DNA from: Nitrososphaerota archaeon | GTDB taxonomy: Archaea; Thermoproteota; Nitrososphaeria; Nitrososphaerales; JACQRY01 | Assembly: GCA_016184315.1 (NCBI GenBank) | Contig: JACPCU010000009.1 | Location: 13,330 to 77,329, forward strand | Length of the DNA: 64,000 nt | Direction of reading: 5' to 3' | In this document: piece after piece, positions 26,085 to 34,003 of the stretch | Numbering within the stretch: position 1 is the first letter of the stretch | Layout: each line of letters begins with the position of its first letter | Notes under the pieces: model-generated | Seen by the model: only the letters and a program-made list of their open reading frames with translations | Told to the model about the DNA's origin: nothing | Database searches by the model: none | Position numbers and translations under genes: made by a program

Positions 26085-26366
26085 TTATCGATCGGCTGCC
26101 CCTTTTTTACCTTTAGATGTTCTATGACGTGCGGTGCGGGAGGCTTCACGAGGTTTAGGGGAGTTAGGTAAAGGTAGAGGCTTCGTTTTACCCACGTAGT
26201 GCCATCTGATACGAGTCGATTTGGCTTTAGACGGATCGTAAGAGTAGTGTGCTACGTACCTGTACTGGTATTCCTTCCCGTAATTATTGCGGACGGTCTT
26301 GGTCTGTATGCTGCCCTGCTCCCCGCATCGCGGGCATCTGATCGAGGCTTCTGCTTCCATGTCCAT
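26085..26366 (-). CDS. zinc-ribbon, basic-tailed small protein (93 aa)
   Basis: It has a CPRCGEQGS motif, then a beta-rich core and a lysine/arginine-rich tail. It is likely DNA-binding. Confidence 0.45.
   Translation of the reverse strand: MDMEAEASIRCPRCGEQGSIQTKTVRNNYGKEYQYRYVAHYSYDPSKAKSTRIRWHYVGKTKPLPLPNSPKPREASRTARHRTSKGKKGAADR
26163..26174. repeat. extra copy of the element motif gttaggtaaagg (inside the 93-aa ORF)
   Basis: Exact 12-mer shared with 26380-26391 and 31770-31781, and in inverted form with 26403-26414. Confidence 0.5.
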
Positions 26367-26379
26367 GTTCCCGCTGGTA

Positions 26380-26414
26380 GTTAGGTAAAGGAGGGTATTT
26401 AACCTTTACCTAAC
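26380..26414. promoter_or_regulatory. perfect 12-bp inverted repeat (gttaggtaaagg N11 cctttacctaac) in a divergent promoter region; putative operator
   Basis: The arms are 26380-26391 and 26403-26414. It lies between divergent ORFs 26085..26366(-) and 26426..26725(+). The AT-rich spacer is agggtatttaa. Confidence 0.55.
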
Positions 26415-26425
26415 TTTTATGGTAA

Positions 26426-26725
26426 ATGATCGTCAGAAAATCCGTCGGAGTATTGAGGGAGGTCACGCTCGAGCATAGTCCCTTTCTAGCCTCGTCCGTC
26501 GAGGGGATGGATATGGCAACGATAGAGGGCATAAGCTGGATGGTTATAGTGAAGAATCGAGGGCTTAGGACGACGCTCGGTGCCCCGCCTCTCGAGCGCT
26601 ACTGGTTCGGGGGAGATAAGGCGTTTAGGCAGGCTAACGATGTGTTTACCCATTTGAGCAGCGAGATGCTTAACAAAGTTATGGATACGGGGTTTCCGAT
26701 TAAGGTAGGTAAGGGTAAGGTATAG
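26426..26725 (+). CDS. hypothetical protein (99 aa), element-borne
   Basis: ORF only. It is divergent from the Zn-ribbon gene across the palindrome. Confidence 0.4.
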   Translation: MIVRKSVGVLREVTLEHSPFLASSVEGMDMATIEGISWMVIVKNRGLRTTLGAPPLERYWFGGDKAFRQANDVFTHLSSEMLNKVMDTGFPIKVGKGKV

Positions 26726-26981
26726 CTGGGTTAATACAAAGGGGTTTTGCTATTTACTACTACTACCCTTAAGCCTTAATAATATCTTCCGCTATTATAT
26801 TGATTGGAATAACTGTTCGCCGCCCTTAATTGGTGCGGCTTGCTGCCCGTTTCATCGGGTGGCGTTGTTGCGGCCTCATTCATGGGGATTCGTGACATTT
26901 TCTACCTTTAGGTCTACCTCCTGACGAGCCTATGTGATAGGCGAAACCATCGTATCATAATTGGATGGTCGAGGTATCATT

Positions 26982-27131
26982 ATGAAGTCAACTGTAATAC
27001 GGGCTTTTACTCTGCCTAGGGAGCTGGATGATGCCCTAAAAGCGTCGATTCCTAAAGGTGAGCGAAGTCGCGTTGTAAGTGAAGCGATCCGAGTAGCATT
27101 AATCACTAGCGGAGGTGAAGGCGGACGGTAG
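26982..27131 (+). CDS. ribbon-helix-helix (CopG/Arc-like) protein, 49 aa, not in the ORF track
   Basis: Hand translation gives MKSTVIRAFTLPRELDDALKASIPKGERSRVVSEAIRVALITSGGEGGR. It has the beta-strand/helix/helix pattern typical of RHH repressors. Confidence 0.55.
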   Translation: MKSTVIRAFTLPRELDDALKASIPKGERSRVVSEAIRVALITSGGEGGR

Positions 27132-27553
27132 GATTAGGGCTTACCCCCGAAGACGCAAGGGGATATCTAGATACCTTATCTTATATCAAGACGCATGGCC
27201 TCTTTACGCACGACAAGGAGCTTGCACTAATCGAGTCTGAGATCTTCCATGCGCCGAATGAGCTAAAGGATTTAGCTACGTACACCACTTCTCCCTCTGG
27301 AGGAGAGTCTAGGCGTTACGGTAGTTACAACGGCGTCCCCTCTGTACTCGTAACTGAAGTGAAGGTGGACGACGGTGGCAATCCTACCCTTATTCGTAAT
27401 CGAGTCGAGCCGTGGGCTGATCTTACGGATAGGGATGCTCGACGATTAACGTTTGCCATCAGGTCGCTTCTAGGAAGGTATCCTCTGGAAACGCGCACAA
27501 AGACTCTGTACCGCGACGATTTTGACCTTGCTGGCAGGCCTTTGCAGGGTTAA
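27119..27553 (+). CDS. hypothetical protein; frame open from 27119 but first canonical start is GTG 27359
   Basis: The open frame reads ...LTPEDARGYLDTLSYIKTHGLFTHDKELALIESEIFHAPNELKDL... with no ATG/GTG/TTG before 27359. It overlaps the RHH stop by 13 nt in the -1 frame. Confidence 0.35.
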   Translation, partial: RRTVGLGLTPEDARGYLDTLSYIKTHGLFTHDKELALIESEIFHAPNELKDLATYTTSPSGGESRRYGSYNGVPSVLVTEVKVDDGGNPTLIRNRVEPWADLTDRDARRLTFAIRSLLGRYPLETRTKTLYRDDFDLAGRPLQG

Positions 27554-27567
27554 GGGGTAGATTTACG

Positions 27568-28485
27568 ATGAGGAATTACTTAAAAGGTCAATCAGAGGTA
27601 TTTACGGAGGTCAAGGGCGATTCTAAGGGTGTAGATGAGGATATAACGATTAGAGGTGTCCTTTTAACGTTAGGGGCAAAAAATGCCAACGGTTGGGCTA
27701 TTAGGCCACAGGACGGGGATTATTTAATCGAGGCTCTGCGTGGCTTACCCCTCCGATCGACCCATAGCGAAGACCCTATGTCAACCTACGGTAAGATCAT
27801 CGATGCATGGCGAGAGGGAGATACCATCTTCTACCGAGCAAACGTATTCGGCAACGACAGTAAAGCATTAAGAATTATTCGTGAAGGTCTAGCGAAATCT
27901 GTTAGCATAGCAGTCGAGTTCAGTAAAACGGTCTGCAGCTCCTGCGGTAAGTTGGCTAGAGATAATCAGGAACCTAACCTCTTACAACACCTCTGTGAAA
28001 ACGCCCATGAATTGGTCATCGATCCTAAGCCGTATGAAGTAAGTCTCGTCTCATTTCCCGCATACAAGGAGTCATCCATTTCGGTGGCAGGTAAGAAGCA
28101 GCGTAGTCTAGTAAATCTACTCGATAGGCTCGATACGGTTACGAATGATTTACTTAGGAAGCGAAGGGAGGCGGACGGTAAGGGTAAACCTGAAACACTA
28201 CCCGATAGTCCTGAGGACGATCAGGACGATGCCCCCGTTACTCGTAAAGGTAAGAGTGGATCATCGTTGCTTGATAAGACTAACTGGAAACGTCCAAGGG
28301 AGGAGAAACCCGTTACGGTGGGGCCGACTCCCTCTATGATTAACATGCACAGTTTCAGGGAGGCCGAGTCGGCGTACAGGGCTAAGGAGATTTTAGAGAG
28401 CGTCGATATTTTCGGAAAAGAGAGAATACTCCTTGTTGACCCCCTTATGGCTGAACTGAGGAAGGTTAAGGCTAGGAAACAGTAA
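27568..28485 (+). CDS. HK97-family prohead (capsid maturation) serine protease-like protein with an acidic/basic C-terminal extension
   Basis: 305 aa. LPLRSTHSEDPMSTYGKII fits the His motif context, LAKSVSIAVEF fits the G-x-S-x-G-F-like Ser motif, and YEVSLVSFPAYKESS fits the E-v-S-l-V..PA motif. A CSSCGK...HLC insert lies between motifs. Confidence 0.6.
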   Translation: MRNYLKGQSEVFTEVKGDSKGVDEDITIRGVLLTLGAKNANGWAIRPQDGDYLIEALRGLPLRSTHSEDPMSTYGKIIDAWREGDTIFYRANVFGNDSKALRIIREGLAKSVSIAVEFSKTVCSSCGKLARDNQEPNLLQHLCENAHELVIDPKPYEVSLVSFPAYKESSISVAGKKQRSLVNLLDRLDTVTNDLLRKRREADGKGKPETLPDSPEDDQDDAPVTRKGKSGSSLLDKTNWKRPREEKPVTVGPTPSMINMHSFREAESAYRAKEILESVDIFGKERILLVDPLMAELRKVKARKQ

Positions 28486-28505
28486 ACGGGGGTGAAATAA
28501 GTAGA

Positions 28506-28721
28506 TTGGATACATTAAGCGGTTATCTCAAGGAATTCGAGATGCGTAAGGAACTGGAAACTCTTGCACGCAAAGGGCAGAAGCGGATCAGCCTACAGCC
28601 CAGTTCCCCAGAGTTCATAGACGAAATGCAGGGTTTAACAGAGGATATGAGGCGTAGAATGAGGCAGGGGTTAGACGGAGCCTTCGCTGAGTTGAACAGG
28701 GTAGCTGAACCCTTTGATTAG
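28506..28721 (+). CDS. hypothetical helical protein (71 aa)
   Basis: ORF directly downstream of the protease. It is charged and helical. Confidence 0.35.
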   Translation: MDTLSGYLKEFEMRKELETLARKGQKRISLQPSSPEFIDEMQGLTEDMRRRMRQGLDGAFAELNRVAEPFD

Positions 28722-28848
28722 TGACATAGGCAGATGGCTATCTGGGCTGGCAAAGTCTAGGAGCCATTACGCCTGCCCAGCATGCGGCAAAACGTTCTCC
28801 CTCGAAGTACAGTACGTTCAGCATAAAAGGGATTTTCCTACGCACTAA
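28714..28848 (+). CDS. possible tiny C2H2 zinc-finger ORF (44 aa, TTG start)
   Basis: Hand translation gives ...SRSHYACPACGKTFSLEVQYVQHKRDFPTH*. The start codon is uncertain. Confidence 0.25.
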   Translation: MISDIGRWLSGLAKSRSHYACPACGKTFSLEVQYVQHKRDFPTH

Positions 28849-28953
28849 TCAGCGGAGCATCGAACGTATATCGTTACATGGTAGTAGCAGATGCTTACTA
28901 GGTAGTAAATCTAACCCCAGTTAAGTCTTATATAGTCGTATATAAACTAATAG

Positions 28954-28970
28954 CTAATCGACGGGTTTCT
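28954..28970. repeat. 17-bp direct repeat flanking the IS, left copy (ctaatcgacgggtttct)
   Basis: Identical to 30015-30031. Confidence 0.75.
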
Positions 28971-30014
28971 ATCTTATCCCTAAATCATTTCCTCCCCTAC
29001 TCAAGAGACTTCACAAGCTGATCAGATACGTTAGACTGAGCGAGTTTTGGATCAGCCTATGGAGGAGGCATGGACATGCTGTGCTGGATGAGAAGCAGGT
29101 CGAGTGGATCATCAAAGCCAAGATCCAGGGGAAGAGGAACATGGACATCGCCGACGCTATGGGGATATCCTCCAGAAGGGTCAGACAGCTCTACTCCCAA
29201 TACAGGAAGACGGGAGCAATACCAGTCCTCAGGAAGCCTGGTAGGCATAGGGCTCCTGAGGTCACTGTGTATGAGAGGGAGGTCATCAAGGAGGCTTATG
29301 GGAGGTTCAGGATGTGCGCCTGCTACCTTGAGAAGATACTCTCAGCTCATGGGGTACGTATCAACCATAAGAGGATTCACAGGGTGTTGAGGGAGGAGGG
29401 ATATGCATTGAATGAGCCTAGGAAGCAGCGTAGGAGGAAGTGGATACGCTACGAGAGGGAGCACTCCAATTCACTCTGGCATACCGATTGGCACCGGATC
29501 AAGGATCCCAGATGGAGGGGCCAGTGGCTCATAGCCTACGAGGATGACGCATCCAGGTTCATCACGGGCTTTGGGGTATATCCAACCTTGACATCAAGAT
29601 CCTCGGTGGAGGTGTTCGACAGGGCTGTGAGGAGGTATGGTAAGCCGAGATCCATACTCTCAGACCATGGGACAACATTCTACGCGGTGGAGGCAGAGTC
29701 TAGGGAGAAGGGGTTGACGGAGTTCGAAAAGTATCTGTTGAAGAACAAGATCAGGTTCATCATGGGTAGAGTGGATCATCCTCAAACCAACGGTAAGATA
29801 GAGAAGTTCTTCGACATCTTCGAGAAGAAGGTCAGATACTTCCAGTCAGTAGAGGAGTTCATGGAGTGGTACAACTGCGAGAGACCCCATGGAGCATTCG
29901 ACCTGTCAAAGCTGGAGACACCAGTACAGATCTTCTACAAGAGGATGGAGGACCGAGAGCAGCTAACCGACCCGGACACAATACCTAGGGAGGAAATGAT
30001 TCTGTGATAAAACA
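28971..30014 (+). mobile_element. IS481-like insertion sequence (1044 bp) with imperfect ~22-bp terminal inverted repeats
   Basis: IRL atcttatccctaaatcatttcc matches the reverse complement of 29992-30014 (tgttttatcacagaatcatttcc) at 17 of 22 positions. It has a single DDE ORF whose stop lies inside IRR, and it is flanked by 17-bp direct repeats. Confidence 0.7.
29081..30007 (+). CDS. DDE (rve/integrase-core) transposase with N-terminal HTH
   Basis: 308 aa. The HTH is MDIADAMGISSRRVRQLY. The catalytic D is in WHTDW, the second D in ILSDHG, and the E in HPQTNGKIEKF. The C-terminal YNCERPHGA is typical of IS481/IS3-type rve domains. Confidence 0.85.
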   Translation: MLDEKQVEWIIKAKIQGKRNMDIADAMGISSRRVRQLYSQYRKTGAIPVLRKPGRHRAPEVTVYEREVIKEAYGRFRMCACYLEKILSAHGVRINHKRIHRVLREEGYALNEPRKQRRRKWIRYEREHSNSLWHTDWHRIKDPRWRGQWLIAYEDDASRFITGFGVYPTLTSRSSVEVFDRAVRRYGKPRSILSDHGTTFYAVEAESREKGLTEFEKYLLKNKIRFIMGRVDHPQTNGKIEKFFDIFEKKVRYFQSVEEFMEWYNCERPHGAFDLSKLETPVQIFYKRMEDREQLTDPDTIPREEMIL

Positions 30015-30031
30015 CTAATCGACGGGTTTCT
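30015..30031. repeat. 17-bp direct repeat flanking the IS, right copy
   Basis: Identical to 28954-28970. Confidence 0.75.
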
Positions 30032-30136
30032 CTAAGGCCTGTCGTACGTCCTTCCATCGGGGAGGTAGCTCCTCCCCTACTAGCTCTTAACGGGCTGGAT
30101 GGAGAAGGCGGTAAATCTTAGGGAGCTAGTAGAAAA

Positions 30137-31144
30137 ATGATAAAGCCAGAAGGGCGAAACAATGATAGTCATTCCCTAGCGGATAAGATAACCCCTAAGC
30201 GGTTTAACCAGTTAATTAAGAAGTTATCCTCAGATTGTATCGAGCTATGGGAAAAATATTACCCGCCCCTTAAGGATGATACTGGCGCCCCTGTTCCTAC
30301 CAAACTCAGTGCCCGTATCCAAGGGGAGATCGGGGAAGACGCTGTCTATGAGTATGCTCTACTACCCTTTCATAAAGCATCGAGCATCGTTCGCAACGAC
30401 TGTACCATCAGGCGAGCCAAGGGAGGCGCTGATTTCTACGTTAATATTGGAGGCAAGATGGTTTTGGTAGAGGTAAAGAATCTCAACCCAGATTCATACA
30501 TCACACCAGCTTGGGCAGAAAGCCACATAATCAGCCGTTTCGAGATTAGTCGCAACCTACCAGACGTTGCGGAGCGCATAGTTATCATAATAGGAGCGAA
30601 CAACACGAGGTGGTATCCAGTAGAAAAAGCCCTACTAAAACATAGCATAAAACTACTACATTTACCCTGCCTACCTAGTATAAATGATACTAATGAGGAG
30701 CGTAAGAGGATCATACAGTCCTTCCGTGAGAGGTATTATGTTATAGTAGCTCATCTACTTCATAACCACGTGTATTTTACTAGTAGCACTAAGGTTATAG
30801 ACGATGTTCTTAGGGTATCTAACATTAGCTTAAGGCCCTGCGATAAGGGTTTACCTACCGGTCGCGGGCCCCCAGATGCCTTTTTACCGTTTGGATCGGA
30901 TGTAGCTGCCCAGCGTAAGCTACTGGAGGGGTATATGCAAATGCCTCAGATGCATGTACGCGTTACCAGCGGTTTTTTCGATGCATATTTACGAGCATCC
31001 ATGCATTCTTTCGGCTGGAGCGATGGGGGACTGGCCTCCTTATACGGCTCTCTCATTAGGAAAACATCCATGAGAGGAGCCTTTCCTAATTATCCTACCG
31101 CTCCTACAGTTCCTACGAGATGCATTACGCTTGCAGGGGTCTAA
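30137..31144 (+). CDS. PD-(D/E)xK-like nuclease-fold protein (N-terminal ~200 aa); C-terminal half of doubtful coding quality
   Basis: GEIGEDAVYEYAL...GGADFYVNIGGKMVLVEVKN gives a D...E-x-K arrangement like restriction-endonuclease-fold proteins. The C-terminal 130 aa has no recognisable features. Confidence 0.4.
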   Translation: MIKPEGRNNDSHSLADKITPKRFNQLIKKLSSDCIELWEKYYPPLKDDTGAPVPTKLSARIQGEIGEDAVYEYALLPFHKASSIVRNDCTIRRAKGGADFYVNIGGKMVLVEVKNLNPDSYITPAWAESHIISRFEISRNLPDVAERIVIIIGANNTRWYPVEKALLKHSIKLLHLPCLPSINDTNEERKRIIQSFRERYYVIVAHLLHNHVYFTSSTKVIDDVLRVSNISLRPCDKGLPTGRGPPDAFLPFGSDVAAQRKLLEGYMQMPQMHVRVTSGFFDAYLRASMHSFGWSDGGLASLYGSLIRKTSMRGAFPNYPTAPTVPTRCITLAGV

Positions 31145-31579
31145 CAGCCTCTGGAGAAGGGGACGATGGGGTGTCTCTGCCTCCTTGGGATACCCCGGAT
31201 CCCCTTTAATGCTACTCCATGAGTAGAGGTAGGGCAGGTCGTTAGCCTACACCTGTTAAAATGCTCGCTGGAAGAATTAACCCCTCGAAAGGTGGGCACC
31301 CTACCTATTTTTCATGCTTACGAGAGCTGAGCTGGTCGATCTTATGTTCTTCCATCCAGCCCTAGCCCGATGAGTAGGGTTCCCCGCGGCTACATGGGCT
31401 TCACCGTGGGGAGCGTTATGATTACAGAGAGGTGATTACCTACGGCAGTTAAGAAGGTTAAGGGCGGACGTAAGCCTACGAAGGTTAAGAAGCGTAAGAC
31501 CACGAAACGATAGTAAGACGGATCATAGATAGATGGTCTCTGTGTGGCATCCCCCATTTTTATTTAACATCATTACGAT

Positions 31580-31774
31580 ATGAAGCCTATTAATCCCCCT
31601 GTGGGAATTGACATAGATACTGTAGCTGGGCAGGAATGGCTCCTGCACCGTATAGCTGAGATACTGGCTACGGAGCATGATCTTACTACCCTAGACATGA
31701 AACGCCTCCGCCTCCTGAAGCAGGTAACGAGAGAGCGATTAAGGGTTATGCTGGCCAGCGGATCAGTTAGTTAG
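31580..31774 (+). CDS. hypothetical protein (64 aa)
   Basis: ORF only. Its 3' end carries the element motif. Confidence 0.3.
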   Translation: MKPINPPVGIDIDTVAGQEWLLHRIAEILATEHDLTTLDMKRLRLLKQVTRERLRVMLASGSVS

Positions 31775-31781
31775 GTAAAGG
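31770..31781. repeat. copy of the element motif gttaggtaaagg just upstream of ORF 31789
   Basis: The 15-mer tagttaggtaaagga is shared with 26377-26391. Confidence 0.5.
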
Positions 31782-31788
31782 ATTATTC

Positions 31789-32190
31789 ATGAGTGAAGAT
31801 GAGCCAAGCCCTACACGACAATGGGTAACTAAGGCCCTTAAAGCTAAAGGATGGACTGAGCAACAGATCGCGGATAGCTACAAGCCCGGCAGCGATAAGA
31901 TAGCCCTTATGAATGAGGCAAGATTACGTAAGAAACAGGAACGCCAGCAAGCCCTAGAGAAGATCGACAGCTACGAAGGGCTACTCAACATGACAAAGCT
32001 ACTCCTACAGGACGTATTACGAGAGCTCAGCAAAAATAAGAGCATCAGCCAAGCCGATAAGCGGAAGCTACGGTATTACAAGATAGCCTGCTCCCTAGTA
32101 AACAGCGCGAAGCAAACATCCGCGCTGCGCAACCAAGAGGCTCTAAGGAAACGGTTAGACGCGTTAGAGCAGCGCATAGAAAAAGCCTAG
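31789..32190 (+). CDS. hypothetical coiled-coil protein (133 aa)
   Basis: Charged helical repeats (KKQERQQALEKIDSYEGLL..., RKRLDALEQRIEKA). Confidence 0.4.
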   Translation: MSEDEPSPTRQWVTKALKAKGWTEQQIADSYKPGSDKIALMNEARLRKKQERQQALEKIDSYEGLLNMTKLLLQDVLRELSKNKSISQADKRKLRYYKIACSLVNSAKQTSALRNQEALRKRLDALEQRIEKA

Positions 32191-32263
32191 ACCAAACTTA
32201 CGTAATTAAGCGTGAATAAAGTTACTTAACTGGCTTACTACCATACCTTAGGGGGTAAGCAAT

Positions 32264-32557
32264 ATGGGAGGTGCGTTTTCGGCGCTGACGACCCTGATCC
32301 TCCTAATTAGTGGAATAGTCATGGTTCTACAGGGTGACTGGCTCTTAGGATGGATGCTAGTGATAGGGGGCACCATAGTAGGCGCAATCGGGAAGGCTTC
32401 GCGATCTAAACCTTCGCGATCGAGAGGCACGTCGCCGCCTTCTGCCGGGAAGTCGAGAACATCTCAAGAATGGCTTGAGGCTCTAAGGCTTAGACTTGCG
32501 AAAGGCGAGATAACAAAGGAGCAGTATGAAGAGTTAAGGAAAACGCTTAGTGAATGA
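32264..32557 (+). CDS. small membrane protein with a C-terminal SHOCT-like domain
   Basis: 97 aa. It has two TM segments, then EWLEALRLRLAKGEITKEQYEELRKTL, which fits the SHOCT consensus. Confidence 0.5.
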   Translation: MGGAFSALTTLILLISGIVMVLQGDWLLGWMLVIGGTIVGAIGKASRSKPSRSRGTSPPSAGKSRTSQEWLEALRLRLAKGEITKEQYEELRKTLSE

Positions 32558-32563
32558 GCTTTC

Positions 32564-33952
32564 CTAAGAGCGTATGATCTCCACTACTGCCTTATCCGAG
32601 TTCAACGCGCTTACGAAGCGAGCCTTCCCGCCGTTCACGAGGCGCTTCGCCTCCTTCACGGAGACTATCTTTTGCCTACTTACAGGGACTGTATGATGAT
32701 TAGCCCCCTTGCCTACCCGCAAATTTGTTGCTTCGACTTCCCGCTCCACTTGCTCTGAGACACGGTGCGCGATCCCGTATCGGAACACTACTTCACGCCG
32801 ATACTTCCCAAGCCTACGCCAATACTCCCCTAACTCTTCTACCGTCATCTTATCCAGCTCTTCGTTATCCTTCTGAAACTCTTCAAATAGAGGTGTGTTA
32901 GCTTCGGTATATTCGGCGAGCTCCGCACTGAGGATTTGACAGTTCATTTGCAGCGCCCTTCGATAAATCAACGCTTCAACATCCTGCCGTGATATCTCCG
33001 GAGGGGAAGTTAGGATCGTTAACCGCTTCTCCGCCTTAAGATACTCTTGCTTCAACTGATCATCCGTTAATCTAAGATACGCAGCGTCTAAACCGAACTT
33101 ATGCCCCATGAATAGCTCCACAATGCCCCGATCGACCCCGGCGGATAGCATCTGTGAGAAAAAGTATTTCCTGAAACTGTGAGGGTGGATCTGCTGTCTT
33201 TTACTGTCGGCATCCATTTTTCCCAACAGCCCGGCTTTCTCCACAGCCCTCATAACCTGCCGATAAGACGCATCAGTGGTCAACCTTACCTTAGGGTTGC
33301 CTTCATTAAAAAATACGTACTGATCTAACTGCTTGATGCGGTCGCCGAGCCACTCCTTAAGAAAGCCACTTGTCTCGTCTGTAACATATACAGTTCTACC
33401 CTTCCTTGTCTTCGTAAACCTAGCTTGCAGCCTGATGCTAGTCGGCTTGGAGGTAAAGTCGATGTCGCCCACCCTTAAGCCGGTAGCTTCGCCGAGACGC
33501 ATACCGCTACTCGCTAGGAGGGTAACAAGAGCCTTAGCCCGCAGACCGCATCTTAGAACTATACTCCGTAGCTCCTCCTGTGTAGGCGCTCTATCCATGC
33601 TTACCTCGTAGTTCGCTGGCAACACAATTCGGTTCTTTAGTCGTGCCAGATCCAGCGGAATCCCTTCGCTCAGCAAGAACCCCTTAACTGCCCCATAATA
33701 CGTCCTGATAGTCTTCGGCGACTTACCCTTTCCAACCAAATAGCCGATGTATTTATCCAAAGCTTCGTAAGGATCGAGCTTCCCATCTCGGATAACCTCG
33801 ATCACCACATCCACATCCTTGTAACCAAGGCTTCGGCCCCAAACCCTCAGCGCCCCCTCATATGTCTCAGCCGTCTTTTCGCTACGCCTCGCCTTACGCT
33901 CCCGGTAATCCTCCGCTCCCAAACCCCACTTAAACCTCCTAACTAGCATCAA
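32564..33952 (-). CDS. tyrosine recombinase (phage/plasmid-type integrase), intact
   Basis: 462 aa. It has an N-terminal SAM-like domain. Catalytic residues are SSGMRLGEATGLRVGDI (Arg), HPHSFRKYF (HxxR) and FMGHKFGLDAAYL (His...Tyr). The likely true start is the ATG at 33949. Confidence 0.85.
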   Translation of the reverse strand: MMLVRRFKWGLGAEDYRERKARRSEKTAETYEGALRVWGRSLGYKDVDVVIEVIRDGKLDPYEALDKYIGYLVGKGKSPKTIRTYYGAVKGFLLSEGIPLDLARLKNRIVLPANYEVSMDRAPTQEELRSIVLRCGLRAKALVTLLASSGMRLGEATGLRVGDIDFTSKPTSIRLQARFTKTRKGRTVYVTDETSGFLKEWLGDRIKQLDQYVFFNEGNPKVRLTTDASYRQVMRAVEKAGLLGKMDADSKRQQIHPHSFRKYFFSQMLSAGVDRGIVELFMGHKFGLDAAYLRLTDDQLKQEYLKAEKRLTILTSPPEISRQDVEALIYRRALQMNCQILSAELAEYTEANTPLFEEFQKDNEELDKMTVEELGEYWRRLGKYRREVVFRYGIAHRVSEQVEREVEATNLRVGKGANHHTVPVSRQKIVSVKEAKRLVNGGKARFVSALNSDKAVVEIIRS

Positions 33953-33961
33953 CTACCGTAT

Positions 33962-33969
33962 ATTTAAAT
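33962..33969 (-). promoter_or_regulatory. TATA-like box (ATTTAAAT) ~15-20 nt upstream of the integrase start
   Basis: It is the only strongly AT-rich octamer between the att core and the integrase ATG. This spacing would imply a near-leaderless transcript. Confidence 0.35.
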
Positions 33970-34003
33970 GCTAGGTAGGATATTCTTATCCCTCTAAACC
34001 AAG

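Noticed and set aside
28990-29001. The 12-mer tcctcccctact occurs just inside the IS left end and again at 30070-30081 outside the right end.
   Set aside because: One copy is inside the IS and one is outside, so it cannot be a target duplication. The right copy is part of a GGGGAGG/CCTCCCC hairpin. This is probably coincidental or reflects a target preference. It was not used to define the boundaries.
31394-31513. A lysine-rich peptide (..PTAVKKVKGGRKPTKVKKRKTTKR*) lies in frame with an upstream ATG, but a TGA at 31433-31435 separates them.
   Set aside because: There is no start codon after the stop. The sequence is very short and low-complexity, so I cannot support it as a gene.
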